Below, piece by piece: positions 17,901-24,827 of a DNA stretch of 51,586 nt. Below the pieces are notes generated by a model that worked only from the letters and a program-made list of their open reading frames with translations, was not told where the DNA came from and did not search any database. Position numbers and translations under genes: made by a program. Origin of the DNA: Blastocatellia bacterium (lineage in GTDB: Bacteria > Acidobacteriota > Blastocatellia > UBA7656); contig JBASRM010000547.1 in the NCBI GenBank assembly GCA_049273835.1, positions 1 to 51,586 of the forward strand, written 5' to 3'. Each line of letters starts with the position of its first letter. Position 1 is the first letter of the stretch.

Positions 17901-19100
17901 TTCGAGAGATCTCAATCGATCGCCTTCAAAAACGGATACACAGCCTGCGGCCGCGATCCAGATGCGTCCAATCTGATCCTGGGCGACGGCTCTTACGTCA
18001 GTTAGCGGAACCTCCTCAGGGCTTGATACAGGGATCATCGTTTGGCCGTCGAACCGAAACAACCCGGCCGCGGCGGCAACCCAAACGACCCCGGTTGAAT
18101 CAACAAAGACCTGTCGAGGGTCGTCCACCTGAAGCGGGGCGGCGGCTTCACCACCTCGCTTGGTGATTCGCCTCAGGGTCTTGGCAGTCGCGAGCCACAT
18201 GGTCCCGAGTCGATCTTCGGCGATCGATCGAATATCTTCGCCGGCTAATTGCTCGAACGCGGATCCTGTTGCTCCTGACGACTTAAACTCTGATCCGTTG
18301 AATCGCGCGACACCCTTGTCGGTGCCAAACCACAGCCAGCCCTCGCTGTCCTGGAACGCTGCCTGAACATTCTTTGAGGGAAGGTTCGGTACGGTGTAAC
18401 GCGAAACCGACTTTTCATTGATTGGAATTACGGGAGCGACCAAAAGCTGAAGCGGGAACTCGGTGGTGATTCCGGCGGAAATGAAGACATCGTTACGGTA
18501 TTCGTCGTAGCCTCGAAGCGTTGCGCCGAGCTGATAAGACCCGGGCGCTAGCCTGCCAAAGTATGCGTCGCCGTAGGCATCAGTGCCGCTGCGAGCTGCA
18601 ACCGCGCCGACCGCGGCTCGATCCTTCGCATAGAGGCTGACTGTCACGCCGGAAAGCGGCTGGTTAGCAGCATCCAACACGGCGACGTGCAGCGACGACG
18701 GGGCAAGCTTGATCGGCGGGGCGGCAAAGGTTTCATCCGGCCGCAGCGTTATGTTCACAACCTCTTTCTTGAATCGCGCGGCTTCAACTGTGATGCGATA
18801 CGGCGCGGCCCTAAGGTTGCGAAACTCGAATCTGCCGTCCGCCTGGGTGCTGGTGGACCGTGACAGATCTCCCGAACCGAGAGTTACCCTGGCGTTTGCC
18901 AAAGGCACGCCGCGATCGTCTTGAATGACCCCGATTATGGCGCCCGCTTCGTTTTGAGCACTGCTATGCCGTGCGCTGAGGACTCTTGAGCCACCCACCA
19001 GGAGAATGATTGCGATGAATAGAACGAACGAGCTGCGCCTTCCGACGGTGCGCCCAGAGAATTGGTTGGTTGGGAAGCGCGTAGACACTTCTAAAAACAT
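14919..19100 (-). CDS. transmembrane sensor: 2x CarboxypepD_reg-like, double Reg_prop beta-propeller, Y_Y_Y-like domain, TM helix, cytoplasmic STAND-like P-loop ATPase with helical/wHTH-like tail
   Basis: About 14 blades of the type FQDSEGWLWFGTDKGVARF / VAQDQIGRIWIAAAGCVSVF / VLEDTDGRLWFSTARGVVRL. PRYLYRINSGAESGRWEVL (Y_Y_Y-like). TM WWFYALAIAAIGLALVAAFAA (about 16218-16286). NPFIVGNPIRTEKMFFGRED, Walker A GERRVGKSSI (about 16008-16037), Walker B LLILMDEYE. Confidence 0.85.
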   Translation of the reverse strand: MFLEVSTRFPTNQFSGRTVGRRSSFVLFIAIILLVGGSRVLSARHSSAQNEAGAIIGVIQDDRGVPLANARVTLGSGDLSRSTSTQADGRFEFRNLRAAPYRITVEAARFKKEVVNITLRPDETFAAPPIKLAPSSLHVAVLDAANQPLSGVTVSLYAKDRAAVGAVAARSGTDAYGDAYFGRLAPGSYQLGATLRGYDEYRNDVFISAGITTEFPLQLLVAPVIPINEKSVSRYTVPNLPSKNVQAAFQDSEGWLWFGTDKGVARFNGSEFKSSGATGSAFEQLAGEDIRSIAEDRLGTMWLATAKTLRRITKRGGEAAAPLQVDDPRQVFVDSTGVVWVAAAAGLFRFDGQTMIPVSSPEEVPLTDVRAVAQDQIGRIWIAAAGCVSVFEGDRLRSLEQWLESQETKNPAQRREPVIDARAVFVDGTGKVWLATARGLMLIDGGSVRRVSVGTQLTPGSSVDAIVRTIGQDQGSRMWFALDSGGVVIYDALRRESQRVNFLERDRISAIFTGREGHLWFASDNGAISSDLYSFVNFTTSRGLADNDVHAIALTPGTRGQSGLWFLTPGGVSRLEGERFVPVEGFRAGISVQAVAVDRTGSAWFATEQGALRWTGETLTQFNEGSGLASNNVQWVRAIADGSAIVFATTRGASVYREGQLQNLPALAGYDVRHVLEDTDGRLWFSTARGVVRLDLATGESGLIDAARGLADNDTRWVVRFNDRLLVASRAGIQAYDGSTFETFEVEPTSTMFVDRDGYLWTGTDEGQVKKFCRFGGHILSTVYSGEAQALTGSRINLITQDLQDHIWIATNKGAVRHIPVRVSPPGEVSLEVDGRTQPVSESGSYDVSFGRHRLTFRFSAASMSGQPRYLYRINSGAESGRWEVLPVQQGAERDVSRLDLDEGTHTFELMALNRDLYGANGPAATLSVRVGSPFWKTWWFYALAIAAIGLALVAAFAARRLGDREYVLPRELRTYVPVEPNPFIVGNPIRTEKMFFGREDDFRYVRTKLEGTSQGVVIVFCGERRVGKSSILYQVAGGRLGARFIPVFVDLQEMVIASDSEFFARISRLIAEAVGRANSRALHELESSGPSGAVAVGVLPSGGPRQSSLAQSQAISVPSFDARNPYPMFLDFLDDVLRSLGDRTLLILMDEYELLEGKVDEGKLSHELFTFLAGLMDNKERLALIFTGSRRLEERDRKYWRELLRRSLFRKVGFLSEKDTVRLITDPVQGRVVYGRGVLDVIYRLTAGQPFYTQVICQNVVDHLNEHRQNWVTVADLGRVITEIVDNPLPQMIYTWDALSDDEKLVLSLLGEVLADGTGYATAGELRSAVRASDYPVNLSENTIRLTLEEMFRRELLEKDTTDGFRFKIDLLRLWIRRSHSIWQVVKEVRTL

Positions 19101-19251
19101 TTAATGAGGAAGCCGGGCTACTCGCAAGGTCGAGTATACACGCGGTAGAAGAAGGCTGCCAAGAAACGAGAGTTGCAACCCGACGCCCGGTAGAGAGAAT
19201 GGGTTTTACCAGAGTTCGATGAATGCGAAGCTGAGTGCCTCTAACTCTTGC

Positions 19252-20223
19252 TTACTGACCGGCCTCGAAAATCCTGCGAGGGTTATCCACGAGCATTGTC
19301 TTGATTTGTTCGTCTGTGACCCCGCGGTTCTTCAATGCCGGAATCACGTCGTTGTGTATGTGCAAATAATTCCAGTTCGGCAGCACTGCCGGCAACGCGG
19401 CTTCCGGCAGCCAATCGTTAAAGCAAGCGGCATCGTGAGAGAGCACCATCTTTTCCGCATAGCCACGCTCGCACATCCTTGCGACTGTGTTTACGCGATC
19501 CTCGAACGGGAGTAAGACGTCTATGCCGAAGCGGTCCATACCTATGTAAGAGCCATTTGCGATCAGCTTCTCAAGGTAACCTAGATCGGTCGTATCGCCC
19601 GAGTGGCCGATGATTACTCGCGACAGGTCCACACCTTCTTCCTGAAAAATGCGCTGCTGATCGAGTCCTCGCTCAGTGTGCGCGTGGGTGTGTGTCGAGA
19701 TTGGGACGCCGGTGCGGCGATGCGCCTGAGCGACCGCGCGAAGCACACGCTCGACTCCTGGAGTCACACCCGGTTGGTCAGTTGCGCACTTCAGAATGGC
19801 AGCTTTGACGCCGGTGCCAGCGATGCCTTCCTGGATGTCCCTAACGAACATTTCGACCATCATCTCCGGCCCGCCAAGCTCAGTGCCCGGCCCCTGGAAG
19901 TGAAAGTACATCGGCACGTCGTTGTAGGTATAGACGCCGGTAGCCACAACGATGTTGAGCCGAGTCTTCGAAGCAATCTTTTGTATTCGGGGAATGTATC
20001 GCCCAAGCCCGATGACTGTCAGGTCAACTATCGAATCGGCCCCGCGGCTCTTAAGTTCATTTAAACGTTCGATTGCATCGCCGATTCGCCGCTCTTCGTC
20101 TCCCCACGGTTCGGGGAAGTTCTGCATGATCTCTGTTGAAAGGACAAAGACATGCTCATGCATCAGCGTTACGCCCAACTGACCGCAATCAATCGAACCT
20201 CGAACCGTATTAACCGATGCCAT
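19252..20223 (-). CDS. phosphotriesterase-family amidohydrolase (phosphotriesterase-like lactonase type)
   Basis: GVTLMHEHVF (His-x-His), AILKCA (candidate carbamylated Lys), STHTHAHT, IIGHSGD, LSHDAA. Start set at the ATG at 20223, which has a GGAGAA SD. Confidence 0.85.
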   Translation of the reverse strand: MASVNTVRGSIDCGQLGVTLMHEHVFVLSTEIMQNFPEPWGDEERRIGDAIERLNELKSRGADSIVDLTVIGLGRYIPRIQKIASKTRLNIVVATGVYTYNDVPMYFHFQGPGTELGGPEMMVEMFVRDIQEGIAGTGVKAAILKCATDQPGVTPGVERVLRAVAQAHRRTGVPISTHTHAHTERGLDQQRIFQEEGVDLSRVIIGHSGDTTDLGYLEKLIANGSYIGMDRFGIDVLLPFEDRVNTVARMCERGYAEKMVLSHDAACFNDWLPEAALPAVLPNWNYLHIHNDVIPALKNRGVTDEQIKTMLVDNPRRIFEAGQ

Positions 20224-20424
20224 GTGTTCTCCAAATCCCAGCGGATGGTTGCCGCGCTCGCCAACCAAACGAGTAGAGGGCACTGACGAACTCCGGGAGT
20301 GAGTGCCCTGCGGAGCCCAAATACTAATACGCGGTCATAGACGCGGCAAGCAAACCTCCCGGCGGCGGATGAAAATGATCGCGATCGGCCAAAAAGGCCG
20401 ACGTGGTCAACGTCACAGCGTTGA

Positions 20425-20453
20425 TTGACCTCGGCGCAGCTAGGTGCGATATT
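20425..20453 (+). promoter_or_regulatory. candidate sigma70 promoter for the metallophosphoesterase gene
   Basis: TTGACC (20425-20430), 17-nt spacer, GATATT (20448-20453), about 40 nt upstream of the ATG at 20494. Confidence 0.4.
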
Positions 20454-20493
20454 TGTCGCCTCAACCAACCTGGCCCGCGAGGGAGGAAAGCTC

Positions 20494-22953
20494 ATGCCGA
20501 CTGCCACGGGATCACAGCCGCCTGATTTATATCCGAAACCTGATCGCGAACGAGACTTCAAAGGGCCGGTGAGGTGGCTCCTGGGACCGCAGCTCATAGC
20601 CAGCCTCAAGTGGCTCGCCCTGTACACGGCCTTCAAAGGCAAGCTCGATCCGCGAGACTGGATGCGTGCGCGGCCGATTCACCTGGACGGGCCGGACAGA
20701 TCAAACAATGCGGAGGACGTCTCGGCTGATGAGTACTGGTTTGATTACTTCGCCGATACCGGCGATGGGCAGTTGGCGACATACAGCATTGCGTATCTGT
20801 GTTTGAGGAATCTTTGGGTCGCAACGGACCCTCGCGTCGATTCGCCGATCGACATGGGCAAAACATCAGACTCCGGAATGAAGCTCCCGCGTGGGGAATT
20901 CCTGTTCGTAGGAGGTGACACAGCTTACCATCAGGCCGATTACCCGACGCTGGGGCTGCGGTTTCAGGCGCCGTTCAAATGGGCTTACGAAGATCTCAGG
21001 AAAGAGGCGGCAATCTCGGATGACGAGCCACGGAGACCCTTGTTTGGCATTCCCGGAAATCATGACTACTACGATTTGATTGACGGCTTCGGCCGCCAGT
21101 TCGCGGAGCCTACCAGCGAGGAGGGGCAGAAGAACCGAGAGGGGCTGCGGCCGCAGTTGTCAATTCCTGGCTTCAAGCGTAGTCAAACGGCAAGCTATCT
21201 GGCACTCAAGCTCCCGTTCGATTGGTGGCTCTGGGGACTCGACAATGAGGCTGGCAGACTGGACATACGTCAGCAGGAGTTTTTCAAAGGGCTCAGTTCC
21301 AAGAAACCCGACAAACTCATCGTCGCCACGCCGGAGCCAGGCACAGTCTTCGGCCGTTGTGCTCGCTCGGGTGATAAAGTTTCGAAGGCATTCGCGGATC
21401 TGAATCTCGAACAGCCTTTCTTATTGGATCTGAAACTGCCTCCTGGAACCTGCAGACTGGATCTGTCCGGCGACGCGCATCTCTACGCGCGCTATTGGGG
21501 ACCTTCGGCAGCGAGTCCCGGTGAGGAGCCCGCCGCGGACAATTACGCTTCCGTCGTGTCGGGTCTCGGCGGCGCGTTCCTCCACTCGTCGGATACCGAT
21601 GTGGGCGAGATCAAAGCGCAAACACGCTATCCACCACGGGAGGTCTCGCGAGTCGAAACCGCTCGCAGGTTGTTCAGCCCGGTAAATATCATCTCGGGAG
21701 GATACGTGGCGATATTCGGCGCTGTCGCCGCGGCTATTGTCTTTTTTGGCGCAACCGTTCCGGTGAGCAGCAGCGTGGTCGTTGAGAAAGCATTCGCAGC
21801 GTTGAATCTGACTCTTCCGCCCCTTTCGAGGCCATCGGGGCTTTTCCCCGACATCACCTGGCCCCAGCACAACCTTGCTCAAGCGGCTAACTTTTCAATG
21901 CTCGAGATTGCCCTGCGAGTGGTCTTGCTCATCGGGTCTGTAATACTTGTGGCCGTCAGCGTTCAGCAATCAAAGTCGATGATAAACTCCTCTCGAAAGG
22001 GCGAAGACGTATTTCGGCGCTATCGTATTCGGATCGCGATTCTGCTTACTGCCGGTTTGGCGTGTCTGGTGTTTGGCGTCTGGCGGCTGGTTGAGTACCG
22101 AGACAACCTGTCACCCTTTCAATGCAGCCTTCTCATTCTGTTTGCGCTGCTCTGGAGCGCGAACGCCTTAGCGGCGAGCGTCGTCTATTCGGAATGGCTT
22201 TTCAAACGCGCTTATACCGAGATCATCAAGTGGTGGCACTATTGGCCGGTTATGTTACTCGTCGTTCTCGGGGCTGCGTTTCCAGTCCTCGGCTTCGGCT
22301 TCTTCGGGAGGTATCCGGCGGAGTACGTGTTCGTCGATGTTCTGTTTGCATTGGTGGTTTTGGGCGGTGCAGCCGCTTTGATTATTGGAGCATTCGTTGC
22401 CGGGGGCGCACATCAGGGACCCGCCGGAAAAGCGGGCTTCTTTCTGCTCGGAGTATGGCACGCATTGTTGCAGGTAGCGGTTCCCTTCCTGATGGCGAGA
22501 TACGGTGACTGGCGCTCGTGGCTTGGGGGACTCGCCGCAGTCTTAGTTTTTTGGCTCGCGGGGAACTGGCTGGTAGCCAAGCTCAGATTCAGACAGAGTC
22601 TTTTGATAGTCTGGCTGCTCTATGGTGTGGTTTTAATTGGACTGCCCTTGTATCTACGAGGAGCATCAGCCCCGTCCTCTGAATCCTGGATCGCGCGGAT
22701 GTTGGTCGCGGTTCTGCTTGGGGCGCTGATGAGTTGTGTAACGCTTGGCTGGTATTTTGCGGTCTCGCTTGCGTTCAACGGGCACAACGAACAAGCAGGC
22801 GGCGCCGCGCGAATAGAACGCTTCAAGGAGTTCATGCGAATTCGCCTTACGGCTAGCGGTCTCACTGCCTACGTGATAGGAATCGACAAACCCGAGATGA
22901 ACGGAAAGAACCTGCGCCCCAGAATCATCGATGTGTTTGATCTGAAGGTTTGA
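20494..22953 (+). CDS. calcineurin-like metallophosphoesterase fused to a large polytopic membrane domain
   Basis: Motifs FADTGDG, FVGGDTAYHQADY, GIPGNHDYYD, LSGDAHLYARY. The C-terminal ~430 aa has about 10 hydrophobic helices. ATG at 20494 is preceded by a GGAGG SD (the track start at 20425 is TTG). Confidence 0.8.
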   Translation: MPTATGSQPPDLYPKPDRERDFKGPVRWLLGPQLIASLKWLALYTAFKGKLDPRDWMRARPIHLDGPDRSNNAEDVSADEYWFDYFADTGDGQLATYSIAYLCLRNLWVATDPRVDSPIDMGKTSDSGMKLPRGEFLFVGGDTAYHQADYPTLGLRFQAPFKWAYEDLRKEAAISDDEPRRPLFGIPGNHDYYDLIDGFGRQFAEPTSEEGQKNREGLRPQLSIPGFKRSQTASYLALKLPFDWWLWGLDNEAGRLDIRQQEFFKGLSSKKPDKLIVATPEPGTVFGRCARSGDKVSKAFADLNLEQPFLLDLKLPPGTCRLDLSGDAHLYARYWGPSAASPGEEPAADNYASVVSGLGGAFLHSSDTDVGEIKAQTRYPPREVSRVETARRLFSPVNIISGGYVAIFGAVAAAIVFFGATVPVSSSVVVEKAFAALNLTLPPLSRPSGLFPDITWPQHNLAQAANFSMLEIALRVVLLIGSVILVAVSVQQSKSMINSSRKGEDVFRRYRIRIAILLTAGLACLVFGVWRLVEYRDNLSPFQCSLLILFALLWSANALAASVVYSEWLFKRAYTEIIKWWHYWPVMLLVVLGAAFPVLGFGFFGRYPAEYVFVDVLFALVVLGGAAALIIGAFVAGGAHQGPAGKAGFFLLGVWHALLQVAVPFLMARYGDWRSWLGGLAAVLVFWLAGNWLVAKLRFRQSLLIVWLLYGVVLIGLPLYLRGASAPSSESWIARMLVAVLLGALMSCVTLGWYFAVSLAFNGHNEQAGGAARIERFKEFMRIRLTASGLTAYVIGIDKPEMNGKNLRPRIIDVFDLKV

Positions 22954-23028
22954 GCATTTTGCTGAGCGCAGTTCCGGCAGCGGGTCTGGCGCAGACAATG
23001 GACGAGCATTGTATGCCCGCTTGACCAG

Positions 23029-23331
23029 GTGTTGGCGGAGGCGAACCAATTAGGCACGCCGCTCACGATTCTCTGTTTCAATATCGCCGGGCTGCGCACG
23101 GTAAATGAATCATTCGGCTATCAAGCGGGTGATGGCGTGTTGGCGGAAGCAGCCCGGAGGCTGCGCGAGGCCATTGCCGAGGATGGGATGTTGAGCCGTA
23201 TTGCGGGGGATGAATTCATATGTCTACTCAACGAGCAGACGCGCGAGCAGGCAATGCATCTCGGCCAAAAGGCTCAGGAACAGGTTGGCTTAGCCAAGCT
23301 CAAAGTACGACCGGACCAATATGCTCATTGA
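23029..23331 (+). pseudogene. truncated, degenerate GGDEF-domain remnant
   Basis: 100 codons from a GTG. LTILCFNIAGLRTVNESFGYQAGDGVL...MLSRIAGDEFICLL matches the GGDEF core, but the metal-site DxD is replaced (FNIAG), the signature is AGDEF, and both the N-terminal DxLTGLxNR segment and the C-terminal ~50 aa are absent. Confidence 0.55.
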
Positions 23332-23414
23332 ACAAAACCGCGATCAAGGCGCAAGCCCCGGGTTTTTCAACTTCGAAAGGAAGCGGCTCGATTGCTCTGG
23401 TAAGTTAACCCTGT

Positions 23415-24194
23415 TCACGATAGACGGTAGCCGGCGGCGATGTTTAACGTTTGGCCGGTGATGTTGCGACCCTCTTCGGAAGCTAAAAAGACAGCCATCG
23501 CGGCGATATCTTCCTCTTCCACCATCCGCTTGAGCGCAGTGGGCTCGACGTATTGACGCTCGACTTCCTCATAAGGAAGATTCATCTCTTTCGCACGATC
23601 GCGAATCACACGCTCTATTCGCGGGCCTCTTACGGGCCCCGGAGCGATCGCGTTCGCGGTTATACCGTAGCGGCCGCCTTCTTCTGCCAGGGTTCGGGTA
23701 AGCCCAATCATTCCCCATTTTGAAACGCAATAAGGACTACGGAAGGCGTAGGCCTGGAGTCCTGCGATCGATGTTATATTTATGATCGTCCCGGTACGGC
23801 GCTCGATCATGTGCGGGAGCGTATGTTTCGCACATAAGAACGCGCCGGTGAGGTTCACTGCAATTGTGTGGTCCCATTCGGCGCGTCTAACGTTTGGCAC
23901 CAGCGCCGTCGGTCCGGCGATACCCGCATTGTTTATAAGAATGTCTAGCGTACCGAACTCGCCCAGCACGGCAGAAACCATGTGCTCGACGCTTGATTCG
24001 TCAGCCACATCGGTGAGCACCGCTCGCGCCCGCCCTTTCGAACCGCGGATCTCATTCTCAACACTTTCTATTTTTTCCGCGGTGGGTCCCGCCAGTACAA
24101 CGGACGCACCTTCACCGGCGAAACGTAGCGCAATAGAGCGGCCTATCCCGCCGCCGCCGCCTGTCACGATTGCTACTTTGCCTTCAAGCTTCAT
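23415..24194 (-). CDS. SDR-family oxidoreductase (classical short-chain dehydrogenase/reductase)
   Basis: TGGGGGIGRSIA cofactor motif, NNAG, catalytic S...YCVSK. Start set at the ATG at 24194 (MKLEGKVAIVTGG) with an AGGAG SD. Confidence 0.9.
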   Translation of the reverse strand: MKLEGKVAIVTGGGGGIGRSIALRFAGEGASVVLAGPTAEKIESVENEIRGSKGRARAVLTDVADESSVEHMVSAVLGEFGTLDILINNAGIAGPTALVPNVRRAEWDHTIAVNLTGAFLCAKHTLPHMIERRTGTIINITSIAGLQAYAFRSPYCVSKWGMIGLTRTLAEEGGRYGITANAIAPGPVRGPRIERVIRDRAKEMNLPYEEVERQYVEPTALKRMVEEEDIAAMAVFLASEEGRNITGQTLNIAAGYRLS

Positions 24195-24827
24195 CTGACG
24201 CTCCTGTGTTTTGACCTGGTGACCGTTGACTTCGATGACCCCGCGTTTCACGTCGCGCCTATCATAGCCCATCAAGCGTCCATCGGGTAGGCAATGGATC
24301 CCGATCAAATCCTAATTCCCGTCGCGCTGGAAAGAGTGCTCAAAAAAGGATTGGCACAACGTAACACCACGTACATTCGCCGCCATACCACCCGAGTCTG
24401 AGAAAGACGTAGAAGGCCGTTTCAAACCGTGCGCCGGGAACGCAAAGCGGGTAGGAAGCGCGCGTGACGGCTGATTTGCGGGTGACAGGATTTGTCTTTT
24501 CTCAACTAGCAGTTTATGTAAATCGCGGCTACGTAGCAGCGCCGCACTTGCGCAACACCGACAGCTAACGACCGAAATTGTAAAGCGTTGCACGGGAGAG
24601 TTTCCTGGAGGAACCCGCGCCCGGCACGCCTCATAACACGCTGCAACTGGTTGGTCTAGGGAGGCATCAAAGTTGCTGAAAAGGTCGCTAGCCGCAACCC
24701 GATTAGGGACGAGCGGCAGAGTTGAAATGAACAAGAGTTGGCGTTTGCAAGCCAACCTGGGGAATAAGGAAGACTAGGACGCAGTATAAAGAGGTATTGA
24801 GGAAAGGGCGCGGAAAGAGAGTTTGAA

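Noticed and set aside
22951-23031. Stop-codon read-through fusing the metallophosphoesterase to the downstream GGDEF remnant (same reading frame)
   Set aside because: Two in-frame TGA codons (22951-22953 and 22963-22965) separate them. The linker translation (AQFRQRVWRRQWTSIVCP) is not protein-like. Sharing a frame has a 1-in-3 chance expectation.
24352-24368. TGGCAC motif suggesting a sigma54 promoter upstream of the Clp-like ATPase
   Set aside because: The required TTGC element at the -12 position (GG-N10-GC spacing) is absent. The sequence reads TGGCACaacgtaacacc.
24312-24755. 147-aa minus-strand ORF in the long spacer
   Set aside because: The translation is Arg/Ser/Cys/Pro-rich with no motif, SD or domain. 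It is typical of a chance ORF in GC-rich DNA.
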